Positions 9,274-18,509 of a DNA stretch of 64,000 nt are shown here, in pieces. Origin of the DNA: Casimicrobiaceae bacterium. Lineage in GTDB: Bacteria; Pseudomonadota; Gammaproteobacteria; Burkholderiales; Casimicrobiaceae. The notes under the pieces were generated by a model, which was not told where the DNA came from, made no database searches, and saw nothing but the letters and a program-made list of their open reading frames with translations. Made by a program: the position numbers and the translations under genes. The stretch is taken from NCBI GenBank assembly GCA_035262745.1, contig DATFSE010000016.1, positions 14,348 to 78,347 on the forward strand, in the 5' to 3' direction. Every line of letters starts with the position of its first letter. Position 1 is the stretch's first letter.

Positions 9274-9891
9274 CTATGAAGATGGTTGAATGTTTGTCTG
9301 CAGCGGGAGGCTGATGTTCACGATGCTCGTGTCTTCGGGTACTGCGCTCACGGAGAATCCCATCGAACGGGCCAGCTCGAGCATTGGCGTGTTTCTGGCG
9401 AGCACGACGCCGACCATCTCCCGTATGCCAGCGCTCCGCGCGTGCTCGATCAGGGTTCCGAGGAGCCTGCGTCCAAGTCCCTTGCCCTGCCAATCGTCGG
9501 CGAGGACCAGCGCAAACTCCGCGCGTTGCATATCAGGATCGGCCACATAGCGTCCGACACCGATAAACTGTCCGAAGCCCTCCACGGCGGTGGTGATGGC
9601 GAAGGCCATGTGGCGGTGATAGTCAATGTGCGTCATCGAGTCGACCCACTCGGGCGTCACTTTCACACCACCTCTCAACATTCGCCTATAGCCAGTTTCC
9701 CGCGACAGTCCGCGCACGAATGCTTCCTCCAGCGGCCCGTCGTCGTGCCTCATCGGACGGACCTGCACCAAGTCACCGGAGGGAAGGTCCCATGTCTGGG
9801 TGAGATGCGACGGATAGCTCGCGAGCCAGCTCGACTCGCCGCCCGGCTTGCTCGAGTCGTAATTACTCGTCACTGCGATTCCCTGGATCAT
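9274..9891 (-). CDS. GNAT family N-acetyltransferase
   Basis: Track ORF 9274..10923 trimmed to ATG 9891. Acetyl-CoA motif A 'WQGKGLGRRLLGTLIEHARSAG'. The rest of the long ORF runs antisense through marR and is rejected. Confidence 0.8.
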   Translation of the reverse strand: MIQGIAVTSNYDSSKPGGESSWLASYPSHLTQTWDLPSGDLVQVRPMRHDDGPLEEAFVRGLSRETGYRRMLRGGVKVTPEWVDSMTHIDYHRHMAFAITTAVEGFGQFIGVGRYVADPDMQRAEFALVLADDWQGKGLGRRLLGTLIEHARSAGIREMVGVVLARNTPMLELARSMGFSVSAVPEDTSIVNISLPLQTNIQPSS

Positions 9892-9910
9892 GGTTGCCCC
9901 TCGGACCCGG

Positions 9911-9962
9911 TTGACATATGCGCATATACGCGTAATATGAGCGCATATACGCCTATTGTCAA
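9911..9962. promoter_or_regulatory. Divergent promoter/operator region between GNAT and marR
   Basis: TTGACA (9911-9916), 16-nt spacer, TAATAT (9933-9938) on the + strand. The inverted TGTCAA (9957-9962) gives a TTGACA on the - strand with CATATT 17 nt away. Two identical 12-mers GCGCATATACGC at 9920-9931 and 9941-9952 (21-bp period) overlap both promoters. Confidence 0.5.
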
Positions 9963-9978
9963 GCCCCCCGGAGACCCC

Positions 9979-10437
9979 ATGCCCACCGACGCTTCGATGC
10001 TCCCCCATTCCTGCAACTGCCTGGCTTTGCGGCAGGCCGCGCGTCATGTCACTCAGTTCTATGACCAGCACCTCGCGGCAGTAGGACTGCGCACCACACA
10101 GTTTTCGATCCTGGCCAAGTTGAAAGGGTTCGGGCCCATGACCATCAATGCTCTTGCCCGTGAGCTGGTCATGGATCGCACCACACTGGGCCGCACCATG
10201 TTGCCGTTGGAGCGCGACGGTCTCATCCGCATCGAGGACAGCGCACGAGACCGGCGCCGCAAGGAGTTGCACCTCACCAAGGCCGGCGTGGAACGGCTTC
10301 GCGCTGCGGCAAAGCTGTGGAAAGAGGCGCAAAATCAATTTGAAGGGGCCTTCGGCGGCGAGCGTGCATCGAGGCTTCGCACCGAGTTGTGCGCTCTCGT
10401 TTCGAGCGACCTGGGCACTCCAGCGCAACACAATTAG
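9979..10437 (+). CDS. MarR family transcriptional regulator
   Basis: Track ORF trimmed to ATG 9979. 'LRTTQFSILAKLKGFGPMTINALARELVMDRTTLGRTMLPLERDGLI ... DRRRKELHLTKAG' is a MarR winged helix. Confidence 0.85.
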   Translation: MPTDASMLPHSCNCLALRQAARHVTQFYDQHLAAVGLRTTQFSILAKLKGFGPMTINALARELVMDRTTLGRTMLPLERDGLIRIEDSARDRRRKELHLTKAGVERLRAAAKLWKEAQNQFEGAFGGERASRLRTELCALVSSDLGTPAQHN

Positions 10438-10570
10438 TGCGGTTTGCGCCCAAGTTTGGCGCTCGGGCTCGACCCATTCCGCCTTGTCGATTATTCCTTG
10501 TGGGGGATTGCGTCGGGCAAGATCGACCCTATCTGAGTTTTTACAACGTAGCGAGAACCCCAAGGTGGCC

Positions 10571-11686
10571 ATGAAAGCATTCGGCAAGAAGCCCAATGGC
10601 TTGCGTCTCGAACGCATCAAAGCCTCACCCCGGTGGGCTGGCGAGTCGTTTCGCAATATCCACCCGGTGCTGCCGAGACTCATCGATCCGAGCGCCAGCT
10701 CGCCGACGGCGAGCGAGTTCTTGTGCGGCGGTGATCGCCGCGTACCCCAAGGACCATTGCCGTCGCTTAACCCAATCGAAACATGGCGGAAGCGGCCTGG
10801 GTCCGGATTGCGCGCCACTTGGCTCGGACATTCCACGGTGCTGATCGAGATCGACGGTCTTCGCGTGCTGACGGATCCTGTCTGGGGATTGCGCGCATCG
10901 CCTTCGCAGCTCATCGGTCCCAAGCGCTTTCAGCCGGTGCCGATTGCTTTGGGGGAATTGCCGCCGCTCGATCTCGTGGTCATCTCGCACGATCACTACG
11001 ATCACCTGGACTACATCACTATCCGCGAGCTCGCGCGCCTCGATGTCCCGTTCGTGACCTCACTCGGCGTCGGCTCTCATCTCGAAGCATGGGGCGTGGC
11101 GCCGGATCGGATCACCGAGCTCGACTGGTGGGAGTCGCACACGCTGCCCGGCGCCGATTTGACGGTGACCGCAGCACCATCGCAGCATTTCTCCGGCCGC
11201 AGGCTCAACGACAGGAACGCGACGCTGTGGTCGTCGATGGTGGTCCGCTCGCAGAAGCACACCGTGTTCTTCAGCGGCGACACCGGTTTGACTACCGAGT
11301 ACGCGACCATTCGGGATCGGCTCGGTCCTTTCGATCTGGTGATGTTGGAGGTCGGCGCATTCCATCCCTCGTGGGGCCATATTCATCTCGGCCCCGAGAA
11401 CGCGCTGGAAGCGCTGGAGCTTCTCGGCGGCGGCGCGTTTCTCCCAGTGCATTGGGGAACCTTCGCGCTGGCGATGCATGCATGGGACCAGCCGGCCGAA
11501 ACATTGCTATCGCTCGCGCCGAAGCGTGGAGCGCGACTCGTCATGCCGCGCCTGGGAGAGCCCGTCGAACCGGACCACGCTGAGCGGGTGACGCCCTGGT
11601 GGCGAGCGCTCGATGCCGCGCCGAGCAAATTCCCCATCGAAGCGCGACTGACACTGCCCAAGTCGGCGCCGTGGCCGATTGACTAG
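10571..11686 (+). CDS. MBL-fold metallo-hydrolase (NAPE-PLD-like)
   Basis: Trimmed to ATG 10571 ('MKAFGKKPNGLRLERIKASP'). 'ATWLGHSTVLIEIDG ... DPV' and the metal motif 'ISHDHYDHLD'. Confidence 0.8.
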   Translation: MKAFGKKPNGLRLERIKASPRWAGESFRNIHPVLPRLIDPSASSPTASEFLCGGDRRVPQGPLPSLNPIETWRKRPGSGLRATWLGHSTVLIEIDGLRVLTDPVWGLRASPSQLIGPKRFQPVPIALGELPPLDLVVISHDHYDHLDYITIRELARLDVPFVTSLGVGSHLEAWGVAPDRITELDWWESHTLPGADLTVTAAPSQHFSGRRLNDRNATLWSSMVVRSQKHTVFFSGDTGLTTEYATIRDRLGPFDLVMLEVGAFHPSWGHIHLGPENALEALELLGGGAFLPVHWGTFALAMHAWDQPAETLLSLAPKRGARLVMPRLGEPVEPDHAERVTPWWRALDAAPSKFPIEARLTLPKSAPWPID

Positions 11687-11754
11687 ACGCCACACTTAAA
11701 CCAGCGATTGACTAAGTCGTCTCGGCGCGGGATTTCACCCACGCGTTCCGACTC

Positions 11755-12099
11755 TTAGCCGGGCTTGCCGGCCGGCAACTCATTCCCGTTTGCCTTATAT
11801 GCAGGCGGCACGTAGAAGTTCAGTGTCTTGAGCGGCCGTCTCGCCGTATTGCGTATTTGGTGCCGATCACCGTGCTCGATCAGCAACAGCGTTGCCGGCC
11901 GTAGCGGGTAGCGTTGCCCGTTGACGGTTGCAACTCCACTGCCGCTGACTACGTACACCCATTGATCAGCGCCGGCGTGCCGGTTCGATGCATCGCCCTC
12001 GGACTTCTCGGGCCCCAGCACCATCTGCGCAGCCTGCGAATGCGTGTTGCCCAGCACTACATTGAAACCTTTGCCGAAGCGCAGTGTTTTGCGTTTCAT
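11755..12099 (-). CDS. Cupin domain protein
   Basis: 114 aa. 'HAGADQWVYVVSGSG ... L..IEHGDRHQIRN' is a cupin metal-motif pattern. Confidence 0.7.
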   Translation of the reverse strand: MKRKTLRFGKGFNVVLGNTHSQAAQMVLGPEKSEGDASNRHAGADQWVYVVSGSGVATVNGQRYPLRPATLLLIEHGDRHQIRNTARRPLKTLNFYVPPAYKANGNELPAGKPG

Positions 12100-12359
12100 G
12101 TTGACTCCTCCTGTCCCGCAAGATTTGAGCTCGTGGACTCACAACAGTTGCGGCGCAGGAACGGCCCCGAGTATGCCGTTTGTTTGTCGGACGGTGTCCT
12201 ACACGAAGGCTTCGCTATCGATGCGAGCGATACGACCTAGCCCGGTGCGGGCGTCGGGCATATGATGGTTTGTTTCCGCAATCGCCAGCGGACGCTTTGC
12301 TCAGCCGACGCAAACCGTCGCAGAACTTGAAAAAGTACCTCGCGAAGAGGTAGCGCCAC

Positions 12360-14867
12360 ATGGCAGACGCCGATTCGTCGTCGCTGTTGCACGACGTCCT
12401 CGATGCCGCGATCGAGATTACGGGGGCGGACATGGGCAATGTCCAGCTGCTCGACCAGGGCGTCCTGAAGATCGTCGCCCAGCGCGGTTTTGAAAAGCCC
12501 TTTCTCGAATTCTTCGACTCCGTGCGTGAAGGTAACGCGGCCTGCGGTGCCGCGTTGCTCCGCGGCGAGCGAGTGATTGTCGAAGATGTCTCGACCAGTC
12601 CGGTCTTCGCCGGCTCGCCGGCGCGAGACGTCGTGCTGGCCGCGGGAGTCACGGCGGTTCAGTCCACGCCCTTGATAGCTCGCTCGGCATCGCTGATTGG
12701 TGTGTTCTCGACCCACTTTCGACAACCGCATCGACCCGATGATCGCGAGCTTCGCCTGCTGGATCTCCTGGCGCATCAGGCAGTCAGCTTCATCGAGCGC
12801 GCCGACGCCGACCACGCGTTGCAGGCCAAGGAGCAACAGCTTCAGCACATTACCGATCATGTCGCGACCATGATCGCGCAGTGCAGCCGTGATTTGCGCT
12901 ACGTCTTCGTCAACAAAGCCTGTGCGGATTTCATCGGCAGGCCCGCCGAACGGATCATCGGGCAGCTGATCGTGGATGTTCTCGGTGCGGAGGCCGTCGC
13001 AGCGATCCGTCCATATTTCGAACGGGCTCTAGCGGGCGAGCGAGTGGATTTCGAGACCGAGATTCCCTATGCCGGGAAGGCTCCCCGCTACATGCGTGTG
13101 ATTTACGTGCCCGATGTCGATTCTCGCGGCACCATCCGAGGCTGGATTGGGGCGATCACCGATATCACCGAGCGAAAGCAAATCGAAGACGCTCTCATCA
13201 ACGTCGCCAACGAGCACCGGCAAGCCGAACTGCAAATGGCCGACGATCTGCGGGCGATGACTCGACTGCAGGCACTGAGCACGACACTCGTCCAGGCCGG
13301 AGACCTGAAGTCGCTGTTGAGCGAGATCCTCTCTGCAGCGGCCGATCTCACGGGTACGGACAAGGGAAATATTCAACTCTATGACCCGGCGACGGGTCGC
13401 CTTCGCATCGTCGTCCACCAGGGGCTGGGCAACCGCCTGGTCGAACACTTCGCCGACCTGGGCTGGGTTGCGACGTGCGACGCGGCGGCGCAGAGGATCG
13501 ATCGTGTCATTGTCGAAGATGTCACCCTGCTGAACGACCTGAACGACCCGGTGAGCATGGAAATCGTGCTCGAGGATGGCATTCGCGCCATCCAATCGAC
13601 GCCGCTGGTCAGTCGCGGTGGCCGGTTGCTGGGGATGCTCAGCAACCATTTTCGCCAGTCGCATCGACCCGACGAACGTGCGCTGCGCTGGCTCGACCTG
13701 CTTGCTCGAATGGCCGCGGACTTTATCGAGCGATCGCAGGCGGAGGAGGCCGTCCGCACCGCCGATCGCCACAAGGACGAATTCCTTGCCATGCTCGCCC
13801 ACGAGCTTCGTAATCCACTCGCTCCGATTCACAACGGAGTGCAGATCCTGCAGCACTCGAATGGCGACGACGAGGTAATGCAGCCCACGTTGCAGATGTT
13901 GGAGCGTCAGGTCGATCAGATGGTCCGAATGGTAGACGACCTGCTCGATGTGAGTCGCGTCAGCCGTGGCAAGATCGAGCTTCGCAGGGAGACGATCGAT
14001 CTTTCGGACGCTGTGAACGCGGCCGTCGAAAGCGTTCGTTCGACCATTGACAGCATGCAGCACAAGCTGGAGGTCGTTCTGCCGACCCAATCCGTTTATG
14101 TCGACGGGGACCTCGCCAGGCTGATTCAGGTTGTGGGCAATCTGCTCAGCAACGCCTGCAAATTCATGGATCGCGGAGGCTCCATCGTGCTAAAGCTAGA
14201 GCGCCAGAACGAGCAGGCGATCATCCGTGTGCACGACAGCGGTATCGGCATCGACCGCGACCAGTTGGAGCGCATCTTCGAGCTCTTCGCCCAGCTCGAT
14301 ACGTCGCGCGAGCGCACGGCCGGCGGATTGGGCATCGGCTTGACGCTGGTGAAGAGCGTCGTGGAGATGCACGGCGGGACGATCGAGGTCCACAGCGCTG
14401 GGCGCGGTCAGGGAAGCGAGTTCGTCATTCGTCTGCCAATCTCCCAGGCAACTCCGAAGCAACAGGAGGTCGGTGCCGTCGAACCGAAGAACAATGCGCC
14501 TCGCCGTGTTTTGATCGTCGACGACAATCGCGACGGCGCTCAATCCCTTGCGGTCCTGCTGCAGATGCTTGGCCACCATGCGCACATGGCTCATGACGGC
14601 ATGGAAGCGCTGGAGGCCGCTGAACGCCTCCGCCCCGACCTCGTGCTCCTCGATATCGGGCTGCCGAAGTTAAGCGGCTACGACGCCTGTCGGCACATTC
14701 GCGATCAGGCCTGGGGAAGGGACGTGGTGCTCGTGGCGGTCACCGGTTACGGACAGCAAGCGGACATCCGTGCTTCTGAAGCAGCAGGCTTCAACCATCA
14801 CCTGGTCAAGCCGGTCGACTATCTCGCTCTCGACAGAGTCTTAAGCGCGCTGGCTTCCAGGCAATGA
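12360..14867 (+). CDS. Hybrid sensor histidine kinase/response regulator (GAF-PAS-GAF-HisKA-HATPase-REC)
   Basis: 835 aa. H-box 'FLAMLAHELRNPLAPI', N-box 'LLSNACKF', G-boxes 'DSGIGI' and 'GGLGIGLTLV'. Receiver 'VLIVDDNRD ... LVLLDIGLPKLSGYD ... LVKP'. Two GAF-like segments flank a PAS segment. Confidence 0.9.
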   Translation: MADADSSSLLHDVLDAAIEITGADMGNVQLLDQGVLKIVAQRGFEKPFLEFFDSVREGNAACGAALLRGERVIVEDVSTSPVFAGSPARDVVLAAGVTAVQSTPLIARSASLIGVFSTHFRQPHRPDDRELRLLDLLAHQAVSFIERADADHALQAKEQQLQHITDHVATMIAQCSRDLRYVFVNKACADFIGRPAERIIGQLIVDVLGAEAVAAIRPYFERALAGERVDFETEIPYAGKAPRYMRVIYVPDVDSRGTIRGWIGAITDITERKQIEDALINVANEHRQAELQMADDLRAMTRLQALSTTLVQAGDLKSLLSEILSAAADLTGTDKGNIQLYDPATGRLRIVVHQGLGNRLVEHFADLGWVATCDAAAQRIDRVIVEDVTLLNDLNDPVSMEIVLEDGIRAIQSTPLVSRGGRLLGMLSNHFRQSHRPDERALRWLDLLARMAADFIERSQAEEAVRTADRHKDEFLAMLAHELRNPLAPIHNGVQILQHSNGDDEVMQPTLQMLERQVDQMVRMVDDLLDVSRVSRGKIELRRETIDLSDAVNAAVESVRSTIDSMQHKLEVVLPTQSVYVDGDLARLIQVVGNLLSNACKFMDRGGSIVLKLERQNEQAIIRVHDSGIGIDRDQLERIFELFAQLDTSRERTAGGLGIGLTLVKSVVEMHGGTIEVHSAGRGQGSEFVIRLPISQATPKQQEVGAVEPKNNAPRRVLIVDDNRDGAQSLAVLLQMLGHHAHMAHDGMEALEAAERLRPDLVLLDIGLPKLSGYDACRHIRDQAWGRDVVLVAVTGYGQQADIRASEAAGFNHHLVKPVDYLALDRVLSALASRQ

Positions 14868-14883
14868 TGGCCCGAACGCGACT

Positions 14884-16413
14884 CTAAGCAGCTTCACGCT
14901 CCATGGTTGCTTCGGCCGTCAGGCTTTCGACGTCGCGATAAATCGAAGCAACCGCGAGCACGCGACCGCCGCGTTTGTAGCGCACGACACAGTCTCTCGC
15001 TGCCACTTCGCCGTCGATGGACAGCTCGTCCCAGGATTCGGCGTGACCGACATAATTGATCGGCACGTCGTAGTGCTGGCTCCAGAAGAACGGTACGGCG
15101 GCGAATTTTTCCTGGTATCCGAGCATGTTGCGTGCGGCGGTCTGTCCCTGACGCTCGGCAACCACCCAATGCTCCACGCGGATCGCCTCCCCGCTATGCG
15201 CATCGGGCCAGCGCGCAATATCGCCCGCGGCGAAGATCCCCGGCACGCTGCTTTCCAGGTATGCATCGACGAGGACACCGCGATCGAGTTTGAGCCCCGC
15301 GTTCTGCGCCAGGTCGAGCCGGGGCCGCACGCCCACACCAACCACGACCAGATCAGCTTGGAGCGTGCCGCCACTGCGAAGCTTCAATTGCCTATTGTCG
15401 ATCGCATCGGCGGTGTCCTCCAGGTGGAAGATGACGCCGTGCTCCTCGTGCAAGTTACGCACGAAGTCGCCCATCTCTCGGCCGAGGATGCGCTCCATCG
15501 GTCGCTTTTCCGGCGCGACCACGTGAACTTCGATGTTGCGCGCGCGCAGCGATGCAGCCACTTCGAGGCCGATGAAGCTGGCGCCGAGCACCACCGCACG
15601 CCGGGCGGTCTTGGCGCGCTCGATAATGGCCCGCGAATCGGCGAGCGAGCGCAGAGTGAATACGTGAGGTAACTCCATCCCCGGCAGCGGCAAGCGAATC
15701 GGTTCGGCGCCTGTTGCGAGGAGCAGTCGATCGTAGGGTACCCTGCTGCCGTCGTCGGTAACCACCGCGCGCGCAGCAACGTCGATTGTCCTCACATTTG
15801 CCCCGAGCCGGAGATCGATCGCGTTCTCTGCGTAAAAATCATCCGGTCGCAGAGGAATCCAGTCTTCCGGTGCGTTCCCGGCGAGATAGTCCTTGGAAAG
15901 ATTGGGCCGATCCACGGGCGCAGCCGGATCGTTGCTCAGCATGACGATGCCGCCGTCGAATTTTTCGCGACGGAGCATTTCCGCCGCGGCGAAGCCGGCC
16001 GCGCCGCCGCCGACGATGACTATCCGTCCGGGCAGATCCCGGCGCGTCGCCCGCCCTTGCGACACGGAGACGTCTTTCCTGCCGAGAACAAATACCTTGC
16101 CATTACGCTGCCCGACCGACCAACAGGCAACCGAGCTCAGCGCCGGCGCATGCAGCGGCTCTCCGGTGCGCAGGCTGAAGCACGCGTGATGCCACGGACA
16201 GCGCACGGTGTCTCCGACCATGAGGCCTTCGGCCAGCGGTCCGCCGTAGTGCGAGCAGGTGCTGCCGATTGCGAAAAATTCATTGCCGCGCCGCGCAAGC
16301 AGGACGCCTTCCTCGCCTACATGACCGGCGACCATCTGCCCGTCGGCAAGGTCGCTGGTCGGGACACCGAGCTTGAGATCGGGTCCGGTCGTTTTTGTTT
16401 GCGAATCGCTCAC
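14884..16413 (-). CDS. Rieske [2Fe-2S] domain fused to an FAD/NAD(P)H ferredoxin-reductase-like oxidoreductase
   Basis: Rieske 'CSHYGGPL ... CPWHHACF', FAD 'IVIVGGGAAGFAAA', NAD 'AVVLGASFIGLEVA'. Start set to GTG 16413 (GGAGA 5 nt upstream), which overlaps the doxX stop (GTGA). Track ORF extends to 16530. Confidence 0.85.
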   Translation of the reverse strand: MSDSQTKTTGPDLKLGVPTSDLADGQMVAGHVGEEGVLLARRGNEFFAIGSTCSHYGGPLAEGLMVGDTVRCPWHHACFSLRTGEPLHAPALSSVACWSVGQRNGKVFVLGRKDVSVSQGRATRRDLPGRIVIVGGGAAGFAAAEMLRREKFDGGIVMLSNDPAAPVDRPNLSKDYLAGNAPEDWIPLRPDDFYAENAIDLRLGANVRTIDVAARAVVTDDGSRVPYDRLLLATGAEPIRLPLPGMELPHVFTLRSLADSRAIIERAKTARRAVVLGASFIGLEVAASLRARNIEVHVVAPEKRPMERILGREMGDFVRNLHEEHGVIFHLEDTADAIDNRQLKLRSGGTLQADLVVVGVGVRPRLDLAQNAGLKLDRGVLVDAYLESSVPGIFAAGDIARWPDAHSGEAIRVEHWVVAERQGQTAARNMLGYQEKFAAVPFFWSQHYDVPINYVGHAESWDELSIDGEVAARDCVVRYKRGGRVLAVASIYRDVESLTAEATMEREAA

Positions 16414-16817
16414 GCCATTCTCCGCAGTCGCGCGTCGATGCTCCAGGGACCAGGACCCGCCGCCCACAGGTACAGAAACACGAAGCAGAACAACACGGCA
16501 AGATCCCCGCCATTGACGATGGGCAGCCACCCTTTGGGCGCATGGGACATGAAGTACGCCACTGCCATGTCGCCGGCCAGGATAAACGCTACCGGACGCG
16601 TGAACAACCCGATGAGAAGCAGGAATCCTCCCACCAATTCGATGACCCCTTGGAGCCCAAGCAGCGATATCAAGTGCAGATTATCGAACATAGGCTGATG
16701 CGGTACGTGGAAAAGCTTCGCCGAACCATGCATCATAAACAAGAACGCCGTCACGATCCGCAGCACACTGAGAACTGGCGGCCACCAAGTCCGGAAAAAA
16801 CTAGTGTCCATAATCAT
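16410..16817 (-). CDS. DoxX family membrane protein
   Basis: 135 aa with 4 TM segments. 'LRIVTAFLFMMHGSAKLF ... GVIELVGGFLLLIGLFTRPVAFILAGDMAVAYF' is typical of DoxX. Confidence 0.85.
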   Translation of the reverse strand: MIMDTSFFRTWWPPVLSVLRIVTAFLFMMHGSAKLFHVPHQPMFDNLHLISLLGLQGVIELVGGFLLLIGLFTRPVAFILAGDMAVAYFMSHAPKGWLPIVNGGDLAVLFCFVFLYLWAAGPGPWSIDARLRRMA

Positions 16818-16823
16818 ATCCTT

Positions 16824-17291
16824 TCAACCGATGTTTCCGCACGCGATCACCTGGTTTTGAGCTTCCGGACCGGTTTCAAGCGCAATGGCGTAAGGCTGTG
16901 CGCGGAGGGCGGATAGCGGCATACCCACAGTCCCGCCCAAATTGTGGTCGAGAGCGACAGCGGAGCCTCCAGTGGAAGGCGACGAGTCATCGACCTTTGT
17001 AACGGTGCGGAAGACGGCGGGCCCTATCGGTCCGACACATCTGCCTTCGCGCACTTCTGCGATGATATTGGGATTGGAAAGGCCTTCGGGCGTTCGACCG
17101 AGCGATACGATCAGGCGCGTGCCCTGTCCAGTCTCGATGAGCGTGGCCATTGCTGGCCCTGCGTCGCTCCGAGTGGCGAGTGGAATTTGCAATCGGGAGT
17201 AGGCGTCTTCCGCCTGCGCATTCGTCAAGATTGCGGCCCCAAGAAGCGCGGCAGCAATGTAAACAAGCTGTGACACCTTGCGGCGTCTCAT
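16824..17291 (-). CDS. Exported protein, possibly a Cu,Zn-SOD-like beta-barrel lacking the metal-ligand histidines
   Basis: Signal peptide 'MRRRKVSQLVYIAAALLGAAILTNAQA'. Exactly two Cys, '...EGRC...' and the C-terminal '...VIACGNIG', positioned like the SodC disulfide pair ('HxxGxC' and 'ACGVIG'). Only one His. The fold call is pattern recognition only. Confidence 0.6.
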   Translation of the reverse strand: MRRRKVSQLVYIAAALLGAAILTNAQAEDAYSRLQIPLATRSDAGPAMATLIETGQGTRLIVSLGRTPEGLSNPNIIAEVREGRCVGPIGPAVFRTVTKVDDSSPSTGGSAVALDHNLGGTVGMPLSALRAQPYAIALETGPEAQNQVIACGNIG

Positions 17292-17635
17292 GATCGGTCT
17301 CCTCGAGTAGTGTTCTCAAAGATTCGATTCGGATTCCAGATCAATGGTTCGACTCGAAGAAAGGCCCTGCGATTCACACGCCATTCATTCCTTTGTAGTT
17401 TTGTCTCCGGTCAAGCCACTGCGCGACGCCGGCTTTTCGAACGTTGGCTAACGGGGTGCCCCTCCTTGATCGCCGTCGGGTTGGTTTGCGGCAGGTGACT
17501 GCCATGCGCTGACAGTCTCTGTCTGACAAAGTCCGCGAATTGGTGGTGGAGCCGAGCAGTCTTTTCGCGGTTACTCGATCGAGGACCGATCGTTGAACGA
17601 CTTTTGGCATAATGACGCGCCCCTGAAGAACAATT

Positions 17636-18499
17636 GTGAATTCACCTGATCCGGCGCTGCTGTCGATCAACACAGCCACCGTCCGCGCGCAATGGAAGAT
17701 GCCGCAGATCATCGACGCGCTGGTGCGCCACGGCATCCGCGGCATTTCGCCATGGCGCGATCAGGTGTCAGCGGCGGGACTGAAGGAAACGGCGCTGCGC
17801 ATTCGCGATGCTGGACTCACCGTTTCCGGTCTCTGCCGCGGGGGCATGTTCCCGGCGCCCGATCGCGAGGGCCGCCGCGCTGCACTCGACGACAACCGCC
17901 GCGCGGTCGACGAAGCGCTCGAATTGGGCGCTCGCTGTCTCGTCCTCGTGGTCGGTGGATTGCCTAAGGATCGCCGCGGCGAAATCGTGTCCAAGGATCT
18001 TGCCGGTGCCCGGGAGATGGTTCGCGACGGCGTGGGCGAGTTGCTGGAATACGCACGCGGCGCCGGCATGCCGCTCGCTATCGAGCCGTTGCACCCGATG
18101 TATGCCGCTGATCGCGCCTGCGTCAATACGGTGGCACAGGCCAACGACCTGTGCGACGAGCTCTCGCCCAAGGGCAAGGATGGCCTCGGCATCGCGGTCG
18201 ATGTCTATCATGTCTGGTGGGACCCACAGCTCAAATCACAGATTGAACGCGCCGGTGCACGCGACCGGCTGTATGCGTATCACATCTGCGACTGGCTCGT
18301 CCCCACCACCGATCTCTTGAACGATCGAGCCATGATGGGCGATGGCGTGGTCGATCTCAAGCTCATTCGCTCGTGGATGGAAGCTGCCGGCTATCGCGGC
18401 ATGCACGAGGTCGAGATCCTTTCCGCCAACAACTGGTGGAAGCGCGACGGCGACGAAGTATTGCTTACCTGCCGGCAGCGCCACGAGTCGGCGAGCTAA
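17636..18499 (+). CDS. Sugar phosphate isomerase/epimerase (xylose-isomerase-like TIM barrel)
   Basis: 287 aa. 'LSINTATV', 'LVLVVGG', 'LAIEPLHPMY' and 'GIAVDVYHVWWD' are typical AP_endonuc_2/TIM-barrel motifs. Confidence 0.8.
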   Translation: MNSPDPALLSINTATVRAQWKMPQIIDALVRHGIRGISPWRDQVSAAGLKETALRIRDAGLTVSGLCRGGMFPAPDREGRRAALDDNRRAVDEALELGARCLVLVVGGLPKDRRGEIVSKDLAGAREMVRDGVGELLEYARGAGMPLAIEPLHPMYAADRACVNTVAQANDLCDELSPKGKDGLGIAVDVYHVWWDPQLKSQIERAGARDRLYAYHICDWLVPTTDLLNDRAMMGDGVVDLKLIRSWMEAAGYRGMHEVEILSANNWWKRDGDEVLLTCRQRHESAS

Positions 18500-18509
18500 C
18501 CGGCACAGG

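Noticed and set aside
9892-10923. Upstream extension of the GNAT ORF (track ORF 9274..10923, 549 aa).
   Set aside because: The extension runs antisense through the marR gene and the start of the MBL gene and has no recognisable domain. ATG 9891 gives a normal-size GNAT and leaves a sensible promoter region. The long N-terminal extensions of the thiolase (to 9493), ThDP enzyme (to 21853), amidohydrolase (to 25458), shc (from 40385), hpnD (from 39546), ispH (to 45591) and other genes were trimmed for the same reason.
17292-17635. 345-bp intergenic region between the SOD-like gene and the TIM-barrel gene, including the 62-aa ORF at 17310..17498, as a possible sRNA, riboswitch or small gene.
   Set aside because: I could see no convincing hairpin/terminator pair, conserved riboswitch core or SD-preceded ORF. 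The 62-aa ORF is Arg/Phe-rich and has no SD. It is most simply a divergent promoter region.
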